Source: Ruminococcus sp.
GTDB lineage: Bacteria; Bacillota; Clostridia; Oscillospirales; Ruminococcaceae
Direction of reading: 5' to 3'
Assembly: GCA_015066925.1 (NCBI GenBank)
Contig: SVNL01000004.1
Coordinates: forward strand, 175 to 64,174
Length of the DNA stretch: 64,000 bases
Shown here: positions 43,322 to 54,334 of the stretch, in pieces
How the letters are laid out: each line of letters opens with the position of its first letter
Numbering within the stretch: the first letter of the stretch is position 1
The notes under the pieces: generated by a model
Seen by the model: the letters and a program-made list of their open reading frames with translations, nothing else
Told to the model about the DNA's origin: nothing
Databases searched by the model: none
Translations under genes and position numbers: made by a program

Positions 43322-43990
43322 TTAATTAGATTTTGTTTCAGTATAAGTAGAAGCGGCTTCGTCAAGAGCAGTTTTAAGTTTATTTTCAAGCTCTGTTCCG
43401 CATATATCGGGACTATAATTAAGACTGAGCATTTCTTTTTCTCTTGCGGTACCGCTTTTAAATGCATAGGCATAATATTTCAAGCCATAGGCTTCAAAAG
43501 TACATTTGAAAGCGAAGTAATCGCTATCGCATTTTTCATAATCGCCGTTAGGAAGCCTGCCGCTTTCTTCAAATTCTTCAACAGCGTCGTAGATATTATC
43601 ATCGGGACCTATTCCAATCTGAGGGAGATTTTTCTCATAGCCTGTATATTCCTTGTTGGAAAAAGGCTCATACTGGTATGCAGGCATAATTTCACAATGA
43701 CTGTTAAATTCAATGAAATCTCCCGAAAGCATAAAGCTTACGTTGAACATATCATCGCCCGTTTCGCCGCCGAAAAATTCTTCCTTTATTTCGTTTGAAG
43801 GCTTTGCGGGAATATTTCCTGAATTTAATATATCAGCAGGAGTAGCGTTTGCGGCTGATTTTGAAGCCACAGGCTTTGCAGCCGATGTAGTTGTCGGATT
43901 AGAATTGTTACTCGACTGTACTTTTTCAACAGATTTGCTTATTTCTTCAGCAGTATTGAAAATTTTCTTTAAAGAATCAAAAAAACCCAT
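43322..43990 (-). CDS. Hypothetical acidic protein
   Basis: 222-aa ORF with strong aaggagagg RBS; N-terminal MGFFDSLKK helix and S/T/A/P-rich linker. Confidence 0.65.
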   Translation of the reverse strand: MGFFDSLKKIFNTAEEISKSVEKVQSSNNSNPTTTSAAKPVASKSAANATPADILNSGNIPAKPSNEIKEEFFGGETGDDMFNVSFMLSGDFIEFNSHCEIMPAYQYEPFSNKEYTGYEKNLPQIGIGPDDNIYDAVEEFEESGRLPNGDYEKCDSDYFAFKCTFEAYGLKYYAYAFKSGTAREKEMLSLNYSPDICGTELENKLKTALDEAASTYTETKSN

Positions 43991-44007
43991 ATAATATACC
44001 TCTCCTT

Positions 44008-44050
44008 AAAAAAGCGGCTGCTTTCCGCAGAAGTGCGTAAAAGCAGCCGT
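44008..44050 (-). terminator. Terminator-like hairpin after ilvC
   Basis: Minus strand cggctgctttt..aaagcagccg followed by a U-run. Confidence 0.6.
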
Positions 44051-44099
44051 ATAACGGGCGGCTGCAAACTTCCGCCCTGATTCACGATATATTAAAAAA

Positions 44100-45158
<1,059 letters not shown>

Positions 45159-45269
45159 TTATTATTTAATATATGTAATTACCCTCAGGCAATTATAATT
45201 GAAGTGTAAGTTTTTTGCACAAGGCGGAAATTAACCACCTTTGCAATTGAAAATATGATATTTATTTTA

Positions 45270-45767
45270 TTATTTGCTTTTAAGGCAGTTACTGCCTCTT
45301 TCAAGAGCGACAATACCGGTACGGCACATTTCGAGAATACCAAAAGGCTTTAAAAGCTCAATAAAAGCTTCAATTTTTGAGCTTTCGCCTGTAAGCTCAC
45401 AGCACAGTGCATCAGTTGAATAATCAACGATTTTTGAACGGAATATATCAACAGCAGCAAGAATATCCTGTCTTGTTTCAGAAGTATTCTTCACCTTTAT
45501 GAGCAGAAGCTCACGGATAACTGTTTCGTGCTTGTCAAGAAGCTCGATTTCCTTTACGTCATGAAGCTTTGCAAGCTGCTTGATAAGCTGTTCCTTTGTA
45601 TATGTATCACCTCGAAAAGCGATAGTAATTCTTGAAAATTCCTGAGATTCCGTTTCACCAACGGTAAGGCTGTCGATATTAAATCCTCTGCGTGTAAAGA
45701 GGCTTGAAACTCTTGTAAGCACGCCTGCGAGGTTAGAAACGAGAATAGCAATAATAAAGCGTTCCAT
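45270..45767 (-). CDS. ilvN: Acetolactate synthase small subunit
   Basis: GVLTRVSSLFTRRGFNIDSL, RELLLIKV, CRTG. Confidence 0.95.
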   Translation of the reverse strand: MERFIIAILVSNLAGVLTRVSSLFTRRGFNIDSLTVGETESQEFSRITIAFRGDTYTKEQLIKQLAKLHDVKEIELLDKHETVIRELLLIKVKNTSETRQDILAAVDIFRSKIVDYSTDALCCELTGESSKIEAFIELLKPFGILEMCRTGIVALERGSNCLKSK

Positions 45768-47440
45768 TATTCAGCCTCCTTTAATTCGGTAATAATATCG
45801 TCAATTGAGCCACCCGGCGGAAGCATAGGAAGAACAAATTCGTTGCAATCAATAGCGCAATCAATAACAACAGGAGAATTTTTTTCATAAGCGAGTTTAA
45901 AAGCTTTATCAAAATCCTCAACAGAATCTGCACGCATACCCACAGCACCGAAAGCCTCAGCGAGTTTTACGAAATCAGTTTTACGGTTAAGAGTTGTATT
46001 TGAATAATGTTTGTTAAAGAAGAGCGTCTGCCATTGTCTTACCATGCCGAGAACACCGTTATTCATAATAACAATAACTATAGGTGTGTTAAAAGAAACA
46101 GCGGTAGCAAGCTCATTAAGATTCATACCGAAGCTTCCGTCACCTGTAATTAGAACTGTTTTGTTTTTAGTAGCGAAGCATGCACCCACAGCGGCACCCA
46201 TACCGAATCCCATAGTACCAAGACCGCCGCTTGAAAGGAATGTTCTTGGCTTTTTAAAAGGATATCTCTGAGCAGTCCACATCTGATGCTGACCGACATC
46301 TGTAACGATAACAGTATTATCATCAGCTACACTACTAATTATATCAATGATATTGAATGGTGTCAATGCCTTTGAGGGCTTAATTGCACTATTTTCAATG
46401 TTTTTAAGTTCTTTTATGCGTTCAGACCATTCAGGAAGTTCCTTTTTAGAAACCATATCACAAAGACGAGCAAGAGAGTCTTTTACATCACCAACGACAC
46501 CGAGGTAAGCAGGAATATTTTTATTAAGCTCTGCTTTATCTATGTCTATGTGAATAATTTTAGCATTTGAAGCAAATTTTTCCTTATTACCTGTAGCTCT
46601 GTCGCTGAATCTTACACCTGTAGCGATAATGAGGTCAGCTTCATTTTCTGACACAGAAGAAGCATAATGACCGTGCATTCCCTGCATTCCAAGAAATTTC
46701 GGGTGGTCGGCAGGAATAGCAGATATACCCATCATACTGCATCCGATAGGTGAGTCGATTTTCTCTGCAAGAGCAATTATTTCAGCAGAAGCGTTGCTTG
46801 AAATAGCACCTCCGCCACAGTAAATATACGGTTTTTTAGCTGAATTTATAAGTTCAGCTGCAAGCTTCAGCTTATCTTCCGAAGCCTTTTTGATTGGATA
46901 AGCTTCTTCAACAGGCTTATTGATGAAATCACATTTATTAATCTGAACGTCTTTTGGAATATCAACGAGAACAGGTCCTGGGCGTCCTGATTTAGCAATT
47001 TTGAAAGCAAGGCGAAGAGTATCTGCAAGAGCTTCAACGTCCTTAACGATAAAATTATGTTTAGTAACAGGCATGGTAATGCCGATTATATCTACTTCCT
47101 GAAAGCTGTCACGGCCGAGAAGACTGCAAGGAACATTTCCTGTAATAGCAACCATAGGAACTGAATCGAGATAAGCCGTAGCGATACCCGTAACGAGATT
47201 TGTAGCACCCGGACCGGAAGTAGCGATAACAACACCGACCTTGCCTGTTGCTCTGGCATAACCGTCAGCCGCATGGGAGGCACCCTGTTCATGAGCAGTA
47301 AGAACGTGAGTTATTTTATCGCTGTATTGATAAAGCTCATCGAAAATATTTATAACCTGACCGCCCGGATAACCGAAAACGGTATCACAGCCCTGTTCAA
47401 TCAGGGTTTCCATAATAATTTTAGCACCTGAAATTTTCAT
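45767..47440 (-). CDS. ilvB: Acetolactate synthase large subunit
   Basis: FGYPGG, HEQGA, TSGPGATN, DVGQHQMW, GDGSF..NN. Confidence 0.96.
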   Translation of the reverse strand: MKISGAKIIMETLIEQGCDTVFGYPGGQVINIFDELYQYSDKITHVLTAHEQGASHAADGYARATGKVGVVIATSGPGATNLVTGIATAYLDSVPMVAITGNVPCSLLGRDSFQEVDIIGITMPVTKHNFIVKDVEALADTLRLAFKIAKSGRPGPVLVDIPKDVQINKCDFINKPVEEAYPIKKASEDKLKLAAELINSAKKPYIYCGGGAISSNASAEIIALAEKIDSPIGCSMMGISAIPADHPKFLGMQGMHGHYASSVSENEADLIIATGVRFSDRATGNKEKFASNAKIIHIDIDKAELNKNIPAYLGVVGDVKDSLARLCDMVSKKELPEWSERIKELKNIENSAIKPSKALTPFNIIDIISSVADDNTVIVTDVGQHQMWTAQRYPFKKPRTFLSSGGLGTMGFGMGAAVGACFATKNKTVLITGDGSFGMNLNELATAVSFNTPIVIVIMNNGVLGMVRQWQTLFFNKHYSNTTLNRKTDFVKLAEAFGAVGMRADSVEDFDKAFKLAYEKNSPVVIDCAIDCNEFVLPMLPPGGSIDDIITELKEAE

Positions 47441-47497
47441 ATAATAAAATCAATCCTTTTATAAAAAATCATAAAAATGAATAACGACCGAAAAAAC

Positions 47498-47530
47498 AAA
47501 AAAGACCTTCGACTCACATACCGAAGGTCT
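47498..47530 (-). terminator. Attenuator terminator in the ilvB leader
   Basis: Minus strand agaccttcg-gtatgtgagt-cgaaggtct followed by tttttgtttttt. Confidence 0.8.
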
Positions 47531-47595
47531 GAAAAGCAAATCTGAAATACAAAAGATGTGAAATCACACAAAAAGTTTAACAGGAATACTTTAAA

Positions 47596-47700
47596 TCAAA
47601 CTAAGGTAGGAGTATAACGCATCATGTTAATTCGGCCGACAAGGACTCGTTTTATGATGCAGGCAATAATTATAACAGATGCCTCAAAAAAGATAGTCAT
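47596..47700 (-). CDS. Candidate ilv leader peptide MTIFFEASVIIIACIIKRVLVGRINMMRYTPTLV (34 aa)
   Basis: gggag RBS; 7 Ile, 4 Val, 2 Leu; lies between the promoter and the terminator. Confidence 0.65.
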   Translation of the reverse strand: MTIFFEASVIIIACIIKRVLVGRINMMRYTPTLV

Positions 47701-47735
47701 TATAATTAACACTCCCTAAAAAAGCTTATAAGATA

Positions 47736-47764
47736 AATATAACACTTTATTGACCTAAAATCAA
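47736..47764 (-). promoter_or_regulatory. SigA promoter of the ilv leader
   Basis: TTGATT-17 nt-TATATT with TG extension. Confidence 0.6.
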
Positions 47765-47901
47765 TAAGAAACGCACTATTTTTACAATAATATCATTAAA
47801 AAGCGGAATTCAACACAGTGCATTGTGCAAATTAATCATTTCATTTCATCTGTGAATGAAGATTTGAAATAAAACAGATGTATATATGTAATGACAGTTA
47901 A

Positions 47902-49077
47902 TTATTTTAGAGCTTTTCTTCTTAATTTTTTTCCTGCAATTGAAAGAATGATGCCGATTAAAAGTTCACCACCGCCGAAAATGCCAAGGAATTTAACAGT
48001 AACAGAAAGAAGATTTGCGGCAAGAAAAACAGGAACTGTTGCAGCGTTTGATAAGGTGATAATAGGAATAATCGGTAATAGTGTAATTAATCCGCCAACG
48101 ATAAGAGAAAAGCCGAGAAATCTTGTAACAAGAGCACTTTTTTTGCTGAGGATAACCGACTGCCAAATCATAAATACGATAGTAAAAATAAGGGATACAG
48201 CAAGAATGATGTAAATATAAATATATGTATATCTGAAATTCAATCCGAATTTTTTCCAGTTAGAAGGAGAAAGAAATTTAGTTTCTTCCGTATCATTAAA
48301 AATACGTTCGATTTCTTTATAGTCAGAGTTAGTAAGGTTATAGCCGAATTCTTCCTTTACATATTTTTTGTTGTCCTTGATGAAGTCAACGATGTCATCA
48401 GAGGTAAGAGAAGCACCGCCTTTTCCGAGTATAATCAGGTCAGCATACTGTGCAACGATATTTGAAGAGTAAGCCTGAACATTTGATTTTTCAATAAATC
48501 TCTGAACATTTTTCTTTTTTATGTCATATTTTTCTTTAATGCCGTCATCAACAAGGTCATAGAGGCATGAAAGGAGAGTAGTATCGCTGTTTAATTGTGT
48601 TGTAAGAAGCTCAGCGAAGTTCATATTGTTATATGCTTTTTTAATATTATCACCACTCAGAGAAAATCTCAGCGAAGCAGTGAAATTAAAAATCAAAAGG
48701 AAAACAAGTATAAACGGAACAAGTAAAACAGCGGCGAATTTACGTCCTCCACCTACTTTTACTTCTTCAATAACCTCAACATTGAATTCCTCCGATTCCG
48801 AGAAATTATTAGGGGAGCTGTCTGTGGCGGCAGAACTATCGGCAACAGAAGGTTCAGCAGGAATATCGGAAGGAATATTATACGAAAAATCGGCTTTAAA
48901 GTTATTATCGGAACTATCCGAGTTAATTTCTTCTGTAATATTCAATTCAGCAGAAGGAGTCTGCTTAATAATATCAACAGGCTTAGCCGCAACAGCTTGT
49001 TCAGAAGTACTTGTGCCACAGCTTGTACAGAATTTAGCATCGTTATCGAGTTTTGTTCCACAATGCTCACAATACAT
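47902..49077 (-). CDS. Zinc-ribbon domain membrane protein
   Basis: MYCEHCGTKL..AKFCTSCG, acidic linker, one N-terminal and three C-terminal TM segments. Confidence 0.8.
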   Translation of the reverse strand: MYCEHCGTKLDNDAKFCTSCGTSTSEQAVAAKPVDIIKQTPSAELNITEEINSDSSDNNFKADFSYNIPSDIPAEPSVADSSAATDSSPNNFSESEEFNVEVIEEVKVGGGRKFAAVLLVPFILVFLLIFNFTASLRFSLSGDNIKKAYNNMNFAELLTTQLNSDTTLLSCLYDLVDDGIKEKYDIKKKNVQRFIEKSNVQAYSSNIVAQYADLIILGKGGASLTSDDIVDFIKDNKKYVKEEFGYNLTNSDYKEIERIFNDTEETKFLSPSNWKKFGLNFRYTYIYIYIILAVSLIFTIVFMIWQSVILSKKSALVTRFLGFSLIVGGLITLLPIIPIITLSNAATVPVFLAANLLSVTVKFLGIFGGGELLIGIILSIAGKKLRRKALK

Positions 49078-49168
49078 AAAAAAACCTCCGAAAAAATAAA
49101 ATTCGAAATATAACGACAATTTAATTATACATTAAAACAAAAGTCTAGTCAATGAAATAATAATTTAT

Positions 49169-49822
49169 TTACAAATTTTGTGGTATATCATCGGTTTTAC
49201 AGCAAATAAGAGCGCAAACGCAATCCGCACCTGCATTTTTCAGTTCAAGAGAGGCGGCTTTAAGAGTAGAACCTGTTGTGCAGACATCATCAAGCAGAAT
49301 AATTTTCTTGCCTTTGATAATAGCAGAATCAGCAGAAAAAGCGCCTTTAAGATTTTCGGCACGTTCAGCGGCATTCAGTTCTTTTTGCGGCTTAGTGTTT
49401 TTTATTTTTATAAGAGCATTTTTGCTCCAAGTAATTTTTGACATAGCCGAAAGCTCTTTTGCAATTAAGTTACATTGGTTATAGCCACGCATATTCTCAT
49501 CGTTTCGAAACATAGGAACGGGGCATATTAAATCGGCAGAGATTTCGTTGGATTTGATAAGCTCATAAAGACCTGCGGCGAAAGCGTAAGGAGCGTTTCC
49601 GCCAACACCGTTTTTAAGAGTAATAACAGCAGGTCTGATTTTATCGTCGTAAACGTAAAGCGAATAGAAAAAATCGCAGTTTTCTATTTTGATTTTTTTT
49701 CTGAAAGCAGTAAAGTCGCTTTTGCATTTATCGCAGAAGTCCTGATTATAGCGAATAAAATCGTGACAGCAGGGACATCTTGTTGGATATATAAGGTCTA
49801 AAATAAATCTTTTTATATTCAT
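49169..49822 (-). CDS. comF: ComF-family phosphoribosyltransferase-like protein
   Basis: CPCC..CDKC zinc finger, RGYNQ, LLDDVCTTGSTL. Start MNIKR. Confidence 0.88.
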   Translation of the reverse strand: MNIKRFILDLIYPTRCPCCHDFIRYNQDFCDKCKSDFTAFRKKIKIENCDFFYSLYVYDDKIRPAVITLKNGVGGNAPYAFAAGLYELIKSNEISADLICPVPMFRNDENMRGYNQCNLIAKELSAMSKITWSKNALIKIKNTKPQKELNAAERAENLKGAFSADSAIIKGKKIILLDDVCTTGSTLKAASLELKNAGADCVCALICCKTDDIPQNL

Positions 49823-49919
49823 AGCAACATGAAAAAACAAGGCGGCTGATTGAAAGCCGCCTGTGTGTTGGTAGCAACACATGATGTTTAGTACGGGTAA
49901 AGCTTTGAAGCTATATCCT

Positions 49920-50522
49920 TTACATATAATTTCTGTTTTCCAAAGCCTTGAAGAGCGTAACCTCGTCAGCATATTCAAGTATACCGCCAACAGGAAGTCC
50001 GAATGCAAGTCTTGAAACCTTTACACCTAAAGGTTTCAGCAGATTAGCAATATAAAGCGCCGTAGCGTCGCCCTCAACGGTAGGATTTGTAGCCATAATT
50101 ACTTCTTTTACCGAACCGTCGGAAATTCTTGCAAGAAGCTCACGTATTCTCAGGCTGTCAGGAGTAATTCCGTCCATCGGAGAAAGGAGACCGTGTAAAA
50201 CGTGATAAACGCCGTTATATTCTCTTGTACGTTCAAAAGCGGTAACATCCTTAGGGCTTTCGACAACGCATATAACAGACCTGTCACGTTCGTCGTCGGA
50301 GCATATAGGACACACTTCACGCTCGGTAAGATTTTGACAGCAGCCGCAATTATGAACTGTTTTCTTGGCATTAACGATAGCTTCCGCAAATTCAACAGCT
50401 TCGTTTTCGTCCATAGACATAACGAAATAAGCGAGGCGCTGAGCAGTTTTCATACCGATTCCCGGCAGTTTAGCAAATTTTTCGGCAAGAATAATAAGTG
50501 GTAAAGCGTTATGGTCAGCCAT
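49920..50522 (-). CDS. recR: Recombination mediator RecR
   Basis: [14 protein letters not shown]4 zinc finger, [12 protein letters not shown]. Confidence 0.97.
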   Translation of the reverse strand: MADHNALPLIILAEKFAKLPGIGMKTAQRLAYFVMSMDENEAVEFAEAIVNAKKTVHNCGCCQNLTEREVCPICSDDERDRSVICVVESPKDVTAFERTREYNGVYHVLHGLLSPMDGITPDSLRIRELLARISDGSVKEVIMATNPTVEGDATALYIANLLKPLGVKVSRLAFGLPVGGILEYADEVTLFKALENRNYM

Positions 50523-50872
50523 TAAAATAAGCCTGGAAGAGAAACTCCGCCTGTAATCTTGCTCATTTCTTCTTCAGTAGTCTGTTCGATATTGTTTATT
50601 GCCTCGTTTACAGCACTGATAACGAGGTCCTGAAGCATTTCGATATCGTCCTTATCAACGATTTCAGGCTTAAGAGTAAGGCTCTTGATAGTCTTTTTAC
50701 CTGAAAGAACAACTTCAACAGCACCGCCGCCTGCAGTAGCAGTAAATTCTCTTTCTTCGATTTCATTCTGAAGTTCAACGATTTCGTCCTGCATTTTCTG
50801 AGCCTGTCTAACCATAGCATTCATATTCTGGTTAGCGCCTGCACCCATATTTTTTGGTAGTCTTGCTTTCAT
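50522..50872 (-). CDS. ybaB: YbaB/EbfC nucleoid-associated protein
   Basis: [30 protein letters not shown]; dnaX-ybaB-recR order. Confidence 0.93.
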   Translation of the reverse strand: MKARLPKNMGAGANQNMNAMVRQAQKMQDEIVELQNEIEEREFTATAGGGAVEVVLSGKKTIKSLTLKPEIVDKDDIEMLQDLVISAVNEAINNIEQTTEEEMSKITGGVSLPGLF

Positions 50873-50927
50873 TTTAAATTCTCCTTAAATAGATAAATAT
50901 TAGTGTTACTGCCATTATGTGCAGTAT

Positions 50928-52532
50928 TTACTCAACAGCAGTATTTATGCTGTTGCTTTGTGCTTTTTTAATCAGATTTTCTGCCATAGTCTGTTGTTCT
51001 TCTTTAGAAACGATGCATTTTGCTCTTATAACGAAGTGTTTTCCGGTAGTACGGTATATAGCTTCACGCAAAGAAGCGGCATTTTCTTTATTTTTGAACA
51101 AAGTGATAAAAAATCTGTTTTTAGCTATAACGAAGATAACGTTACCGATAGTTTTTGCCAATGACTCCGAAAGGCTACCCACAACAGCAGGATTAAGCTT
51201 TTCAAGCTCAGCAAGAACCGCACCCCATTGCTGAAAAACTTCAAGATCGCTTTCCTTGATTTTTTTCAGGTCAACATCAGGCATTGGTTCATCAGTAAAC
51301 GGACTGCTGAATTGCTTCGACGTAATTTCATCAACCTCAGTTTTAGAACCCTGAGATTTAATAACAGTACCGTTTTTAATTTTATCCTCTAACTTTTTTA
51401 TTTTATCATAAATTTCAGAATTGTCAATAGATACAGCATTATTTACAGATATATTTCTGCAAATTCTTATAAGAGTCATTTCAAGCTCGACACGTTTGTT
51501 CAGAACACGATTCATTTTTTCACGGCATTCCTGCAAAGCGCCTATTTTATCCATAGTATCTTCAACAGTATACTTTGAGCTTATATTTTTAAGCAGCTGA
51601 AATTCATCGGGCATACATACAATAAGCTTAGCGGCATCATCATTCATAAGTTTTATGAGCATAATGTTTCTCAGCTGCATAATAAGCTCTTCGCATAATC
51701 TTGTGAGGTCCTTTGACATAGCGTGCAGAGAGCTTACAACAGATAATGCGGCGGCTGTATTTTCATCCGGAATAGCTTCAAGAATTTCATAAAGATACTC
51801 ACGTCCGGCAATTCCGGCAATAGTTGAAACCTCAGCGGCAGTAATATTATCGCCGCAAATAGAGCATTGGTCCAACAGAGAGAGAGCATCTCTCATACCG
51901 CCGTCAGCAAGCTTTGCAATAAGATTTGCACCGTCCTCGGACAAGCCGATATTTTCCTGCTCAGCGATATAAAGGAGTCTTTTTGCGATATCTTCTGATT
52001 TAATTCGTCTGAAATCATAACGCTGACAGCGTGAAGTAATTGTAGCAGGAACCTTATGGATTTCAGTAGTTGCAAGGATAAATTTAACGTATGCAGGAGG
52101 CTCCTCCATAATTTTCAGTAATGCGTTGAAAGCACTTGGAGAAAGCATATGCACCTCGTCGATGATATAAACCTTGTAATTGCATTTTTCAGGAGTATAA
52201 ACTGTTCCTTCACGCAAGTCACGTATATCATCAACACCGTTATTTGAAGCGGCGTCGATTTCGATAATATCGGATAAAGCGGCGTTATCAGCTTCTTTAC
52301 ATATTTCACATTCAAGGCAAGGACTGCCCTCTGACAGATTAAGGCAGTTAACAGCTTTTGCGAGAATTCTGGCACAGGTAGTTTTACCCGTACCTCTGGA
52401 GCCTGTAAAAAGATAAGCGTGAGCTGTTTTGCCGCTTATAATCTGGTTTTTCAGAGTATCTGTAATATGTTGCTGAGAAATAACATCATCAAAAGTAAGA
52501 GGACGCCATTTACGATATAAAGCTTTATACAA
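50928..52532 (-). CDS. dnaX: DNA polymerase III subunit gamma/tau
   Basis: ALYRKWRP, GSRGTGKTT, EIDAASN, IIDEVHML, SRCQ. Confidence 0.97.
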   Translation of the reverse strand: MYKALYRKWRPLTFDDVISQQHITDTLKNQIISGKTAHAYLFTGSRGTGKTTCARILAKAVNCLNLSEGSPCLECEICKEADNAALSDIIEIDAASNNGVDDIRDLREGTVYTPEKCNYKVYIIDEVHMLSPSAFNALLKIMEEPPAYVKFILATTEIHKVPATITSRCQRYDFRRIKSEDIAKRLLYIAEQENIGLSEDGANLIAKLADGGMRDALSLLDQCSICGDNITAAEVSTIAGIAGREYLYEILEAIPDENTAAALSVVSSLHAMSKDLTRLCEELIMQLRNIMLIKLMNDDAAKLIVCMPDEFQLLKNISSKYTVEDTMDKIGALQECREKMNRVLNKRVELEMTLIRICRNISVNNAVSIDNSEIYDKIKKLEDKIKNGTVIKSQGSKTEVDEITSKQFSSPFTDEPMPDVDLKKIKESDLEVFQQWGAVLAELEKLNPAVVGSLSESLAKTIGNVIFVIAKNRFFITLFKNKENAASLREAIYRTTGKHFVIRAKCIVSKEEQQTMAENLIKKAQSNSINTAVE

Positions 52533-52546
52533 AAATCTCAGCTCCT

Positions 52547-53452
52547 TTAATTATTATTGGAAGAATGGTTGCCGTCGAGAATAACGGAAGCCTGAATTTT
52601 CTTATAATAAGAAGTAAAATCGTTAGGATTGGATATGTTGTTGAGAAGAGCTTTTTTATAATATTTTTCACCGCTTTCAAGGTCATGGATAAGCGTGTAA
52701 GCGATTGCACAGCCACCGAGAGCATTACTGTAATCCTCATGCTTTTCAACGGCATCAAGGAACCATTTCAAAGCTTCCCGTCCATTATTTTCTGCAAGAT
52801 ACATACGTCCTATATCAGTTTTAAATATACCTATATATTCATTTTTATTTTCAAGAGTTTCATTGAAAATTTCAATAGCCTTGTCGATTTCGCCCATATC
52901 ACCACAGCAGCGTGACATAAAAAGCGGAACGAGGTTGTGGTTGAAATTAAAGCTAAGAGCAGTTTCGTAGTTTGAAAGAGCGTTTGACGGAAATCCTATA
53001 AGCTGATAACATCTTGCGATATAGAAATGTACAATGCCTTTTTCAGAATCTGAAAGCTCGTAATCCTTTAGAGATATAAATAAATCAAGAGCATTTTTCA
53101 CCCTTTTGGAAAAAAGTTCATCAAGAGCTGTTGAAAAAATCTTATCTTTTTTTTTAAATCCTGTAAAATTATTACCTATCAGCTCGTCATCGTACTTATG
53201 GAAAGCGAAAAAGCGGTAATTTGAGCGTTCTATTATATAATAGCAATATGTAATGAAAATATCAACAATAAGAACGAATAAAGCGATAACCAGCAGGATT
53301 TCGGTTATTTCTTCAGAATCCTCAAGGAAATAGGATAAACCAAAGAACAAGAAAGCAATATACATAACAGAAATTGCAATACGAGCAGATTTTTTCTGAG
53401 CCTTTTTCAAGCAAATGAGATTACGTTTAATTCTGCGAATAAAGCGATTCAA
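52547..53452 (-). CDS. Membrane-anchored tetratricopeptide-repeat protein
   Basis: Two N-terminal TM segments followed by TPR-like helices (GEIDKAIEIF, GRMYL..GREALKWF, YYKKAL). Confidence 0.7.
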   Translation of the reverse strand: MNRFIRRIKRNLICLKKAQKKSARIAISVMYIAFLFFGLSYFLEDSEEITEILLVIALFVLIVDIFITYCYYIIERSNYRFFAFHKYDDELIGNNFTGFKKKDKIFSTALDELFSKRVKNALDLFISLKDYELSDSEKGIVHFYIARCYQLIGFPSNALSNYETALSFNFNHNLVPLFMSRCCGDMGEIDKAIEIFNETLENKNEYIGIFKTDIGRMYLAENNGREALKWFLDAVEKHEDYSNALGGCAIAYTLIHDLESGEKYYKKALLNNISNPNDFTSYYKKIQASVILDGNHSSNNN

Positions 53453-53512
53453 CTATTTATCCACTCCTTTACAGTAAATTGTTGCGAATAATGAGACAGC
53501 GATAATAAAAAA

Positions 53513-53636
53513 TTCGGAACATAGATGTGCAGGCTTGCTGCGGCACACACGACAAGCCGCTTAATGCTGCTCGGTTTCCCGCCTGACATGGTTCACGAAG
53601 TCCTGTTGCACAGGGCCCGCACATCTATATTCCGAA
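53513..53636 (-). ncRNA. ffs: Signal recognition particle RNA (small type)
   Basis: Minus strand GAACCATGTCAGGCGGGAAACCGAGCAGCATTAAG helix-8 motif within a long terminal stem (ttcggaatatagatgtgc/gcacatctatgttccgaa); upstream of dnaX as in other Firmicutes. Confidence 0.93.
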
Positions 53637-53678
53637 GATTTAAGCTCATAAACGGAAAAATCCGATTGAACAATTAAT

Positions 53679-53707
53679 ATGATACCACAAAAAACGAGTG
53701 TTGTCAA
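53679..53707 (-). promoter_or_regulatory. SigA promoter of ffs
   Basis: TTGACA-17 nt-TATCAT with TG extension. Confidence 0.8.
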
Positions 53708-53714
53708 TAGCGGA

Positions 53715-54194
53715 TTAAGTATTTTTTTCAGAAAAAAGCTTGAAAGAGGATAAAACGACGCATATAATAAACGGAAAAATAACAGGCAGATTTCTATGTA
53801 GGTACATACTGCTTATTGGCTGCATGGAGTATTTATCGCTCCAGCCGGCGAAATCAGCGTGGCGGGAAATGAAAAAAAGAGCGATAAGAGAAGCTGTAAC
53901 ACCTATAGGGGATAATATAACAGACAGCTTATATTTTTTCAGCACACACAAAACAGAAGCAGAAGTCATAATCAAGCCGCCTGCAATCATAATTGAGCCG
54001 AAAAAAGAAATTTCAGAGCTGTATTTATGCCAGTTAAAGACAAAATCCGAGTCATTCCACTCAATAAACATACCCGAACCTGACAATAAATTCATTGTCA
54101 AAGGGTATATAATAGTAAGCACCATGAGGATTATTTTAATAAATTTAGTAGCAATACTGTCCTTATTATTATAAAACGAATTATTTTTATTCAT
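53715..54194 (-). CDS. Hypothetical 4-TM membrane protein
   Basis: Hydrophobic ORF; ggag RBS before MNKNN. Confidence 0.55.
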   Translation of the reverse strand: MNKNNSFYNNKDSIATKFIKIILMVLTIIYPLTMNLLSGSGMFIEWNDSDFVFNWHKYSSEISFFGSIMIAGGLIMTSASVLCVLKKYKLSVILSPIGVTASLIALFFISRHADFAGWSDKYSMQPISSMYLHRNLPVIFPFIICVVLSSFKLFSEKNT

Positions 54195-54334
54195 TGAAAA
54201 AAACTCCAATCGAAAGAAGAAAGACATAAAATCAAATCCAAAGTCTATAAAAAAAATTACGACAAATTCACTATTTATATTTTATGCTAAAAGAAGAATA
54301 ATAAAATAGCGGAGAAAAAGAAAGGAAGAAAAAA

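Noticed and set aside
43256-43994. Plus-strand ORFs (180 aa and 93 aa) opposite the hypothetical gene
   Set aside because: The minus-strand ORF has a strong RBS and fits the operon direction; the plus-strand products look non-coding.
49823-50008. N-terminal extension of comF overlapping recR (similar extensions on trmD, rnfA, rplO, rpoA)
   Set aside because: Artefact of longest-ORF calling; recognisable family sequence starts at downstream ATGs.
53740-54174. Plus-strand 144-aa ORF opposite the 4-TM protein
   Set aside because: Typical antisense of a hydrophobic gene; no supporting signals.
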